Shown here one piece after another: positions 46,118 to 54,680 of a stretch of 64,000 nt of DNA. This DNA is from Gammaproteobacteria bacterium (lineage in GTDB: Bacteria; Pseudomonadota; Gammaproteobacteria; Steroidobacterales; Foliamicaceae). How positions within the stretch are numbered: position 1 is the stretch's first letter; the number at the start of each line of letters is the position of its first letter. Under the pieces are notes generated by a model, which had not been told where the DNA came from, searched no databases, and saw nothing but the letters and a program-made list of their open reading frames with translations. Position numbers and translations under genes: made by a program. The DNA is taken from assembly GCA_009845905.1 (NCBI GenBank), contig VXYS01000009.1, positions 580,325-644,324 of the forward strand. Direction: 5' to 3'.

Positions 46118-46816
46118 ATGATTGACTTCTATTTCTGGCCAACGCCAAATGGGCAAAAGGTGGCGATCATGCTTGAGGAAGTTGGACTCGAGTACACCAC
46201 AATCCCCGTCAATATCCTTGAGGGTGAGCAGTTCGCGAAGGATTTTCTCACGATTAGCCCCAACAACAAGATTCCAGCGATCGTCGACCATGCCGACGGA
46301 ACCGGTGGCCCCCATTTCCCGCTTTTCGAATCCGGGGCGATACTGATCTACCTTGCCGACAAGACCGGGCAGCTCTTGCCGTCATCCCCTCGATTGCGCT
46401 TCGAAGTCCTGCAGTGGTTAATGTTTCAGATGGCGAGCGTTGGGCCCATGTTTGGTCAGTGTGGGCACTTTCTTGGCTATGCGCCTGAGAAGATTCCCTA
46501 TGCGATAGAACGCTATCAAAACGAAACACTTCGATTGTACAAAGTCATGGATAAACGGCTTGCGGATGTTCCATATATTGCTGGCGACTACTCTATCGCC
46601 GATGTCGCGATCTATCCGTGGGTCCAAGTGCGCTGGCTGCACGAAATTGACATCACTCAGTTTCCGAATGTAGAGCGCTGGTACAACACCTTGTCTGATC
46701 GACCAGCAGTTCAACGCGGATGTGCCCTGCTAAAAGAACATGAAGTGATCGGCGACCCGTCCGATGAGACTCGCGAAGCGTTCTTCGGCAAGACACAACT
46801 GGAACAGGGACAGTAG
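46118..46816 (+). CDS. Glutathione S-transferase, Nu-class (YfcG/YghU-like)
   Basis: MIDFYFWPTPNGQKVAIMLEE...NNKIPAIVD...LFESGAILIYLADKTG closely resembles the YfcG-type N-terminus. Starts immediately after the previous stop. Confidence 0.88.
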   Translation: MIDFYFWPTPNGQKVAIMLEEVGLEYTTIPVNILEGEQFAKDFLTISPNNKIPAIVDHADGTGGPHFPLFESGAILIYLADKTGQLLPSSPRLRFEVLQWLMFQMASVGPMFGQCGHFLGYAPEKIPYAIERYQNETLRLYKVMDKRLADVPYIAGDYSIADVAIYPWVQVRWLHEIDITQFPNVERWYNTLSDRPAVQRGCALLKEHEVIGDPSDETREAFFGKTQLEQGQ

Positions 46817-46818
46817 AA

Positions 46819-47814
46819 ATGGCCGATATCACACAGGTGATTCTGGAACGCCGCCCCAACGGCGTACCGCAAGCAAGCGACTTCCGTCTGGAGTCCACAC
46901 CTTTGCCAACGCCTGGAGAGGGTCAGATTCTCATCAAGGTTCACTATCTGTCCCTGGACCCGTATTTGCGAGGAAAGATCTCCGGGCGGCATATGTCGGG
47001 AGGCGTTGAACCAGGGTCGGTCATGGCCGGTGAAACGGTTGGCGAGGTGGTCGAGTCCCATTCACCAGAATTCGCCGTAGGTGATACCGTCCACTCGTTT
47101 TCCGGCTGGTGCAGTCACGCTGCCGTCGACGCATCAACAGCGCGAAAGGTTCAGTCGCACGGGTTGCCGCTGTCGTTGGCGCTAGGTGCGCTGGGCATGC
47201 CAGGACTTACGGCCTATGCCGGCATCAAACGCCTGGCCGATATTCGTGCAAACGACACGTTCCTCGTATCGGCGGCATCCGGTCCGGTCGGCTCAGTCGC
47301 CGCCCAAATCGCACGACTGGCTGGCGCACGCACGGTGGGCATTGTCGGCTCTCCTCAGAAGTCGGATTGGATTCTCGATGAGGCCAGGTTCGACGACGCC
47401 ATCAATTACCGCGAAGAAGATCTGCGAGACGGGATCAGGCGTACCTGTCCTGATGGCGTTGATGTTTATTTCGACGCAATTGGTGGCGACGTGCTGGAAG
47501 CCGTTTGTGAGCAGTTGGCGCTTCAGGCGCGAGTTATATTGTGCGGTTTGTTGGCTCAATACAATTCGAAAGAACGACTGATGGGACCGCCACCTGGCCT
47601 GATTATTCGCGCTCGGGCGCACATGCACGGATTGGTTGTGTACGACCATGAAGACTTACGCGCGGAGATGGAGGCAAAGAACAGCGCCTGGATTCACAGT
47701 GGCGATATGGCCTACAACGAAGATGTCGCCGATGGTTTGGAAAACGCCGGGGAGGCGTTTGCACGGCAGATGTCCGGCAAGAACTTCGGCAAGTCGATTG
47801 TTCGCATCAGCTAG
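46819..47814 (+). CDS. NADP-dependent alkenal/enone oxidoreductase (MDR, CurA/YncB/PTGR1-like)
   Basis: LSLDPYLRGK and the nucleotide motif AASGPVGSVAAQIARLAG; 331 aa. Confidence 0.88.
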   Translation: MADITQVILERRPNGVPQASDFRLESTPLPTPGEGQILIKVHYLSLDPYLRGKISGRHMSGGVEPGSVMAGETVGEVVESHSPEFAVGDTVHSFSGWCSHAAVDASTARKVQSHGLPLSLALGALGMPGLTAYAGIKRLADIRANDTFLVSAASGPVGSVAAQIARLAGARTVGIVGSPQKSDWILDEARFDDAINYREEDLRDGIRRTCPDGVDVYFDAIGGDVLEAVCEQLALQARVILCGLLAQYNSKERLMGPPPGLIIRARAHMHGLVVYDHEDLRAEMEAKNSAWIHSGDMAYNEDVADGLENAGEAFARQMSGKNFGKSIVRIS

Positions 47815-47870
47815 CCCTCTGTAACTTCTGCAACCGGCGCTGATTGCCAAAGACCTTAGGGGTAAAAACC

Positions 47871-49682
47871 ATGCCAGGCTCCCGCACCGCACGAACGTTT
47901 CTCACCACGCTCGCCCTCCTGATCGGCACATTCAATGCCAATGCCCAGGATGCATCGATCGACATCGAACTGCTGACACTGACGGCGGAGGACAATCGAG
48001 AGATCGCCGCATTCATCATGCATCCCAAGACCGGTATCAACCCGGCCTCCCCAGGACTGATCTTCCATCATGGCGGTCCCGGCGGTCATGGCGCTCGCTT
48101 GATCGGCGCACCTCGCTACGCGGCCGATGCGATGGCGAGACTCGGATACACCACGATTACCATCGTCTCACGGCACTCCAACACCTACGTGGACGAGCCG
48201 CTTGAAAACGCGGCGCTGGATGTCGACGCAGCGTTGAAGGTGCTCCTTAGCAAGGGAATCGAAGACATCGTTTTGGTGGGCAACAGTTTCGGTAGCGTGC
48301 GGGTGTCCATGTTCATGCGCGATCGCCCGAGCCCGAACGTTCGTGCCATGGTCCATGTCGCCCCGACCTATGACTTGAACAAGCACATGAGGGAGCTGTC
48401 CGATATGGCTCCCGACTACGCCATGCACCTGGAAAAATTGCGCCGCGCCGTCAAGGATCGGCAAGGCCGGTTGCCATCGCCGGACGCTGACAATCCTGAT
48501 CGACTTGCGACGCCTCCATTATTCCAAACGGGGTTTGGACGCCCGCAGACCGCAGCCACACTGCTTAACTGGTGGGGCCCCGATGCGGACAATCAATTGT
48601 CGGACATAATTGCGCACTTTGAAATTCCCCAGTTGCTCCTGGGCGGTACGAACGATCGTGTGACACAGCCGGAACGGCTGGAATTCCTAAGAACCAGCGC
48701 AAGATCGAGTTCCCGCGTTGATGTAATTGCCTACCAGGACGGTGATCATTACTTTACGGGGTATCAAGAGAAAGTTGCCAGCGATATCGCCGACTGGCTC
48801 ACCGAACTCGGCCTGGCCCCGGCACCGTATGCCACCGTCCGCTTTTTCGACAACAACCAGGTCGTCGAATTCAACGGTGTTGATTTCGCTATCCGAAGCC
48901 CCGGGCTCATCTACGAACCACAACAGGCAGGAGACGTTCGTGAGCGCCCCGCAATTTTGTTGCTGCCCGATTGGAAAGGCTATCTGCTAAGCGATTCCAT
49001 GGACAATATGGCAAGAGCCATAGCGTCCACCGGGCACACTGTGGTAGTGCCGCAACTGCAATCGGACGGTTTCCGAGGCAGCCAGAACACCACGTTCGAC
49101 CGGACGCGGCAAGATATTGCGGCCTGGCTTGACGCAGTGAAGCAAGCCGGCTATGAACGGGTCATCGGCATTGGCCTGGGTACCAGCGGATTGTGGCTCG
49201 CGGACAATGATCGGCACGCGCCGGATAGTGCGTTCACGGGCTTTGTGCTGGTCGATCCTCCGATCTCGTTGCGCGACGACGCCAGTGTTGGCATCGGCAA
49301 GGATCGATTAGACCAACTCGTTGAGCAAGCGAACGAATGGATCGCGGCCGGAACCGATCGCAATCATGTGATTCACGCCGCTTACCAATCCCCGCATATG
49401 CCCGGCGAACCCGGACTCAATCGTATTATTCAATACGCGCCAACGTTTCTCGAGTACTACGGCCCGGATTCCAAAATGGAGCTCGGCCGGTACGTCAATC
49501 GGTTGTCGAGACCGACCTTGGTCCTGGCCGCACCGAACCGGTTTTATGACAGCGATGATGGTTTGGCCCGGGCGCTTCGGCGCGCACCGAAGACTACTAC
49601 GCTGGCTTGGCAAGCTGAGTTAACCACACCGAAAAGCGCTGCGAATGCTATTGGTGAGTGGTTGGCTTCACTTCCCAACTAG
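47871..49682 (+). CDS. Secreted tandem-domain alpha/beta hydrolase (domain 1 GNSFG, domain 2 lacks nucleophile)
   Basis: ATG 47871 follows agggg. Signal peptide ...LALLIGTFNANAQ. Elbow 1 is VGNSFGS (48273-48299) and elbow 2 is IGLGTSG (49164-49196). Paralog of 43185-45074. Confidence 0.8.
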   Translation: MPGSRTARTFLTTLALLIGTFNANAQDASIDIELLTLTAEDNREIAAFIMHPKTGINPASPGLIFHHGGPGGHGARLIGAPRYAADAMARLGYTTITIVSRHSNTYVDEPLENAALDVDAALKVLLSKGIEDIVLVGNSFGSVRVSMFMRDRPSPNVRAMVHVAPTYDLNKHMRELSDMAPDYAMHLEKLRRAVKDRQGRLPSPDADNPDRLATPPLFQTGFGRPQTAATLLNWWGPDADNQLSDIIAHFEIPQLLLGGTNDRVTQPERLEFLRTSARSSSRVDVIAYQDGDHYFTGYQEKVASDIADWLTELGLAPAPYATVRFFDNNQVVEFNGVDFAIRSPGLIYEPQQAGDVRERPAILLLPDWKGYLLSDSMDNMARAIASTGHTVVVPQLQSDGFRGSQNTTFDRTRQDIAAWLDAVKQAGYERVIGIGLGTSGLWLADNDRHAPDSAFTGFVLVDPPISLRDDASVGIGKDRLDQLVEQANEWIAAGTDRNHVIHAAYQSPHMPGEPGLNRIIQYAPTFLEYYGPDSKMELGRYVNRLSRPTLVLAAPNRFYDSDDGLARALRRAPKTTTLAWQAELTTPKSAANAIGEWLASLPN

Positions 49683-49704
49683 ATTCGCAACGGACGCGAC
49701 TGCG

Positions 49705-51378
49705 CTAGTTCGCCAGTGCAGCGCTAATCGATTGTCCCCATTTCGCACTGTCATCGGGCAACGGGCAAATTTCCTTCCGCAACCACTCCGGCAGCTGATC
49801 GCTGACAGGCCCATTTCCGGATTGCCAATTTGGCACAAGACAAAGGCTGGTCTCGGCTTCCCCGTTTATTGAATACGTCGCTCGATGAAACTCCGAATAG
49901 GCGTTGCCCGATTTGAGCAAATCAATCGCCCGCCCGTGAATGCGAACGGGATCCAGCGGTTCTGCACGGGCCAATGTTGTGGCTTTGGTGCGCCTCCACC
50001 AAGTCCAGAAAAGATCTTGCTGCCTGGCGACAGAAAACGCTCGAATCAGGTGTGCACCACTGATGTCCGGATCAAAGGACAAGGCGGCTTCACTGAGTGC
50101 TTCAAACTCCGATAGCTCGGTAATCACCGGTGCGGTTGCCAGGCAAACAACTCGATTGACAAGCGCGGGGAAGGACTCCTTCAGACGGTTGCCGAGCAAC
50201 AAACCAGCGCCAATACCAATGACGTCAACGCCTTCGAATCCGAGTTGTGAGATTGCCTCGCCAACCGCAGTTACCGTTCGCGGAACCAGCTCATCGACAG
50301 AACCGGCTTGCATGGGTGAATCGCCGTGGCCGGGCAAGTCCATGGCCAATACCGGATGACGTGTTGCAAGGGCCGTCGCAATCGATTGAAAGACTTGAGC
50401 GGAACCACCCCAGTCGTGAAGAAACACGATAGGCCGGCATCCCATCCCGTTTGCCGCTTTGGCAAACAGTGTGCCCTGGGAGGTTTCGATGTACAACGGC
50501 TCGTAGTCTTCGCCGGCCGAAACTGCTGTCGTGTGTGCCGGCACAGGTGGTGCGTTACAAAAGCTCTGCTCAACCAGATATTTCAGCTGATTGGCGTAAC
50601 GTCCGCCCGCCGCATCAGAATAGATCGGCACATAGTTTTCGGGCAGCCCCCGGTCGATCAGCATCTGCACGCGGGCCAGGCCACTTGCCGATTCCCAGAC
50701 ATTGAGCGTTGCGGGCGCAGACAAACGATCGACGTTTGCGGCGTCCTCCCACGCAATGGCTCCCGCGTACAGCTGCTTGTAGTCAGTGCCCGCGCACAAA
50801 AGCTGCAACACCATATCGTGGAGCATCGCGGGCTCCGGAAAATCTCGCACTTGCCGACGCGACGGCTCTGCCTTTTGCCAGGGTGAAAACAAATACAGCC
50901 CACTGATTTTTTCCCATGATGCGAGCAAGTGCCCCCCGTCACGGCGTGGGATAACGTCCGGGAAATAACCCTCGAGGGTATCGTCGGTATCGTAGTGACT
51001 AAAGGTATCGAGCATGCACAACGCCGACGCGGTTGGGTACTTGCATCCAAATGCATGGGCGATTGCGGCCCCGGTGGATGCGCCGTAGACAACAGGATGC
51101 TCAAGCTCAAGCGCATCGATTGTGTCTTTGAGTGCGTCAGCGTGGGCAGCCATGTCACCTTGACCAATCGGGAGCGGTTCCGACAATCCAAACCCGGGAT
51201 TATCCAAAGCGAAGCACGTAAAGTGCTGCCCGAAGACCTGCATCGCCCCACGCATCGACTTTGAGGACAACGGCGACGCGTGCATCATGATCATGGGCGG
51301 GCCTGCACCGTATCGGCGATAGTGAACGCGCCTGCCAGCGGCGACCACAAAGTCACATTTCTCACTCACGATGTGCAC
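49705..51378 (-). CDS. Tandem-domain alpha/beta hydrolase (cytoplasmic; domain 1 GASTG, domain 2 GIGAG)
   Basis: VYGASTGAAIAH (51065-51090) and VIGIGAGLLLGN (50188-50223). Start uncertain: GTG at 51378 or 51369, both overlapping the SBP stop at 51362. The ORF-track start 51465 lies inside the SBP gene. Confidence 0.72.
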   Translation of the reverse strand: MHIVSEKCDFVVAAGRRVHYRRYGAGPPMIMMHASPLSSKSMRGAMQVFGQHFTCFALDNPGFGLSEPLPIGQGDMAAHADALKDTIDALELEHPVVYGASTGAAIAHAFGCKYPTASALCMLDTFSHYDTDDTLEGYFPDVIPRRDGGHLLASWEKISGLYLFSPWQKAEPSRRQVRDFPEPAMLHDMVLQLLCAGTDYKQLYAGAIAWEDAANVDRLSAPATLNVWESASGLARVQMLIDRGLPENYVPIYSDAAGGRYANQLKYLVEQSFCNAPPVPAHTTAVSAGEDYEPLYIETSQGTLFAKAANGMGCRPIVFLHDWGGSAQVFQSIATALATRHPVLAMDLPGHGDSPMQAGSVDELVPRTVTAVGEAISQLGFEGVDVIGIGAGLLLGNRLKESFPALVNRVVCLATAPVITELSEFEALSEAALSFDPDISGAHLIRAFSVARQQDLFWTWWRRTKATTLARAEPLDPVRIHGRAIDLLKSGNAYSEFHRATYSINGEAETSLCLVPNWQSGNGPVSDQLPEWLRKEICPLPDDSAKWGQSISAALAN

Positions 51379-52903
51379 GCTCGATGCCCTCGTATTCGAT
51401 AATCCCGAAACCTGCGCGATACTCCGTGATTTCACTGGCGTGCGCGTCGAATCTGGCTGCTTCATAAAGAATGAGCGCAGGAGGACTGGCCACCAGCTCA
51501 GCCATCATGGTTTGGGTCAGTTGCTCGCGCTTTGCCAGATCCGGCTCCGCGTAAGCTCGCTCTGCCAAAGGCATGACATCTTCATCGCAATGCCAAGGTA
51601 TCCTGCGCAAGCAGCTGTGTATGGTCATGACACTCAGCGCATCGAGTGCCGGCAGCAGGTTGTAATCGAGCATGAACATGCGGCCACGCCAATGGCCCGA
51701 GCCGATGCCGCTCACGAGTTGCGCCGAACTGATGATCTGCGGATTGACGGTAACGCCGACCCTCTTGAGATCAGCAAAAACCTGTTGAAACACGGCCGCA
51801 TCGTTTGTAGTAACACCCGTTATGACTTCCGCCACAATCTCAAAACCATCCGGGTAACCAGCCTCCGCCAACAACTTTTTTGCTCTATCCGGGTCATAGT
51901 CCAACGGAACAAGCTCCGGGTTGTACCCGAACGCCGATCGTATTGCCGGCTGCGAAGGGACAGGTACGGCGCCATCAAGAAACACATCGATGATCGGGGT
52001 TCGGTTGATCGCGATGTTCAGTGCCTGTCGGACCCTTGGGTCCTGAAGCGGCCCCTCCTCCACGGTGACGAACGTCAACACCAATATATTGGGCGCACGA
52101 TTCGCCTTGAAGACATACCCCGATGACTCCAATAGATCGCGATCTTCGGGCGACAACGCCATTGCAATGTCCACGTCACCCGATGTCAGTGTTTGTAAGC
52201 GAACGGACGAATCACTGACCTGCAAAATATCAAGTTGCTCCAGCTTCGCGGGCCGCCATGAGGCGTTATTGCGCACCAGGCGAATGCTGGCTTCGTTCCA
52301 GGACTCAACCGCGAAAGGCCCCGTTCCTACTGGCGCGGTCGCGAATTTTTCCGGACCTGCTTCGTCCCAATAGTCGGGGGCTACGATTCGGAATGCCGAC
52401 AGTACACGTGGCAAAAGTGGCACCGGCCGCCGTGTCGTAATCTGAACGCGGTGCGTGTCCAGGGCTATTACATGCTCCAGTACGGCGAGTTCACGCTGAA
52501 TGGCAAAGAGCTGCGCCGCTTCCGACTGCAGATACTCGGCGGCCCTGACAACCGCATGTGCGTTGAAGGGCTCGCCATTGGAAAACTCAACACCCTCTCG
52601 GAGATCGAAGACCCATGTCAGCTCGTCAAGTTGCTCCCAACTTATTGCAAGTGCGGGCTTGAAACTGCCATCGGACTGCAAGTTCGTGAAGCCATCGAAA
52701 ATTGCCGAAAAGAACGTAATCGATGGCGTCGCGTAGCCTGAGTAGGGATTCCCTTTGCCGGCAGGAAAGTTCGGCATGGCCAACACTGCACTGTTGACAG
52801 GTGCGTCATCCTGTGAAGATGAGCAAGCGCATAAGCCAAGGAATGTCGCGAGGCTGATGAAGGCGATCGCTGCGACTCGCCATTCCCGAATCCGGACTCT
52901 CAC
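51362..52903 (-). CDS. ABC transporter substrate-binding protein, family 5 (peptide/nickel type), probable lipoprotein
   Basis: GTG 52903 overlaps the VOC stop (GTGA). AAIAFISLATFLGLCACSSS signal; SBP_bac_5-like blocks (ITFFSAIFDGFTNL, WEQLDELTWVFDLREGVEFSNGEPF). Confidence 0.85.
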   Translation of the reverse strand: MRVRIREWRVAAIAFISLATFLGLCACSSSQDDAPVNSAVLAMPNFPAGKGNPYSGYATPSITFFSAIFDGFTNLQSDGSFKPALAISWEQLDELTWVFDLREGVEFSNGEPFNAHAVVRAAEYLQSEAAQLFAIQRELAVLEHVIALDTHRVQITTRRPVPLLPRVLSAFRIVAPDYWDEAGPEKFATAPVGTGPFAVESWNEASIRLVRNNASWRPAKLEQLDILQVSDSSVRLQTLTSGDVDIAMALSPEDRDLLESSGYVFKANRAPNILVLTFVTVEEGPLQDPRVRQALNIAINRTPIIDVFLDGAVPVPSQPAIRSAFGYNPELVPLDYDPDRAKKLLAEAGYPDGFEIVAEVITGVTTNDAAVFQQVFADLKRVGVTVNPQIISSAQLVSGIGSGHWRGRMFMLDYNLLPALDALSVMTIHSCLRRIPWHCDEDVMPLAERAYAEPDLAKREQLTQTMMAELVASPPALILYEAARFDAHASEITEYRAGFGIIEYEGIERAHRE

Positions 52904-53814
52904 CGGGATCTCTCGCGCCAGCGTCGATTCGCCTCCATGTCTTCGGCAAAGGCCACCGCGTTGTCCCTGCAACCACTCTGCTCGTAGCGTTCTTCATAGC
53001 CGATGAGATGTCCTTCAGGATCACAGATATAGCCGAGCACGCCGCGGCCAAACTGAATTCGGTCGTTCACGATTCGAACTTTGTTCGCCAGAAGCGTCTC
53101 TCGAAAACCGTCAAAATCATCGACGCGCAGGATAAACGCATCAGGTACTTCGAAACGATCTTGCGGCGGAGACTCTGCTTGTCCGCCCGCCCTGAGCTCA
53201 AGTGCGGTCGAATCGCCACAATCGAGTACAACGTGCGTTGGTGCTGCCTCGACAATGGGCAGTCCGACAGTGTCGGAATAGAACGCCGCCATAGCGCCGA
53301 GATCGGCGACGTGACGGATGATCGAGTCTATGCCCTGAATATCCCGCGGCAAGGGCGCAACACCCGGATTGTAGGCGCGATGGTTTTCCCGCATCGTCAA
53401 TCGCTCGCGAGCGACAATATCAATCGGCCTCGTCGAATCCATCGGGGCCTGTCGGAGCATGACGAAGTGCTCATCGATGTCTTGAAAAACCGCATAGTCG
53501 CCAAACTCGTCGTTTCCGGACGCCACTACATCCACGTTGAAACGCCTCAAACGGGACAGGACACTGCCTAGCTCCACGCATCGAATTACCGGTAACGTCG
53601 GACTGCTTTTCCAATCGGGATAACGCCATTCGGGTCCCGCGTCGGACTTGGGCTCAAACACGACTGTCTCTCCAGCCCAAAACAACCAGGCATCTGCGTA
53701 GCCCCGCAACAATGGCAGTTGCAGGACTTCACCATAAAAGGCCGCCACGCGTTCCGCATTCTGCGACCGCGGCAACACCCAACCCAGACTGATAACTCGA
53801 GCCGATCGCGACAT
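52900..53814 (-). CDS. Two-module VOC (glyoxalase/bleomycin-resistance/dioxygenase) family protein
   Basis: ATG 53814 lies 17 nt downstream of the phyH stop. Two VOC-type module starts: AAFYGEVLQLPLL and AAFYSDTVGLPIV. Confidence 0.7.
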   Translation of the reverse strand: MSRSARVISLGWVLPRSQNAERVAAFYGEVLQLPLLRGYADAWLFWAGETVVFEPKSDAGPEWRYPDWKSSPTLPVIRCVELGSVLSRLRRFNVDVVASGNDEFGDYAVFQDIDEHFVMLRQAPMDSTRPIDIVARERLTMRENHRAYNPGVAPLPRDIQGIDSIIRHVADLGAMAAFYSDTVGLPIVEAAPTHVVLDCGDSTALELRAGGQAESPPQDRFEVPDAFILRVDDFDGFRETLLANKVRIVNDRIQFGRGVLGYICDPEGHLIGYEERYEQSGCRDNAVAFAEDMEANRRWRERSR

Positions 53815-53831
53815 TACGGCCTCCAGTTCCG

Positions 53832-54680
53832 TTACGCCGCAGCTTCCGAGCCCGGCCGCGCCCACACCAATGGAAACAGGTCACCGCCCGGTCGTTTCCC
53901 TTCGGGCAGCGAATCCATACCTGGCACACCCACTGCCCCTTCACGTGACTTCCAGCGGATATCATCGCCAATCCATCGCGACGACAATCCTACGCGCGGG
54001 TACTCGGCATTGGTTGCGTCGCCTGAACCATGCGGCGTACGCGGATGGAACAACACCGAATCGCCGGGCTCGAGATCGTAGCCAACAATTTCGTAATCGA
54101 AATCGGGATCCTCCCGAAGTTCATTGAAATCCGGACATACCGGTGCTGTCTCCGGCCCGAAATCACCCTTCAGATAGCTGCCTCGGAATATCATGTCCTC
54201 ATCGACGAGCTTCTTGTGATAGCCGGCGACAAACTCCAGACGACCGTTGGATTTCGACACAGGTTCAAGTGCCAGCCAAAGCGTCGGTACCTGGTGTCCA
54301 CTCATTGGCCACGTCGTCATGTCATGGTGCCACCGCATTACATGTGGCGATCCGATCGGCTTTATAAACAGGTGGTCTTGAAATGCTCTTATTTCCCGGC
54401 AACCCAATACACGACCCACAATCTCTGCGGCAGGCGAACTCAGAATATAGTCACGAAACAACCCACCGTGGCGCCACAGGTAGATTATCGAGACAAAGTT
54501 CTCGCTATGGGATGGTCCTGTATGCTCATATCGGTCGACATTTCTTGTGGCTTCGTCGACAGCTTCGCGCAATCGGTTGCACCATTCCTGATCGAACATG
54601 CCACGCACACAGACCACACCATCGCGCTCGTAGGTGGTGCGATGCTCGTCGCTGATTGGCTTTAACGGTTCTCTGTTCAT
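53832..54680 (-). CDS. PhyH-family Fe(II)/2-oxoglutarate dioxygenase
   Basis: ATG 54680 overlaps the ABC ATPase stop (ATGA). YERDGVVCVRGMF N-terminus, an HxD motif in RWHHD, and a distal His in LFHPRTPHGS. Confidence 0.8.
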   Translation of the reverse strand: MNREPLKPISDEHRTTYERDGVVCVRGMFDQEWCNRLREAVDEATRNVDRYEHTGPSHSENFVSIIYLWRHGGLFRDYILSSPAAEIVGRVLGCREIRAFQDHLFIKPIGSPHVMRWHHDMTTWPMSGHQVPTLWLALEPVSKSNGRLEFVAGYHKKLVDEDMIFRGSYLKGDFGPETAPVCPDFNELREDPDFDYEIVGYDLEPGDSVLFHPRTPHGSGDATNAEYPRVGLSSRWIGDDIRWKSREGAVGVPGMDSLPEGKRPGGDLFPLVWARPGSEAAA

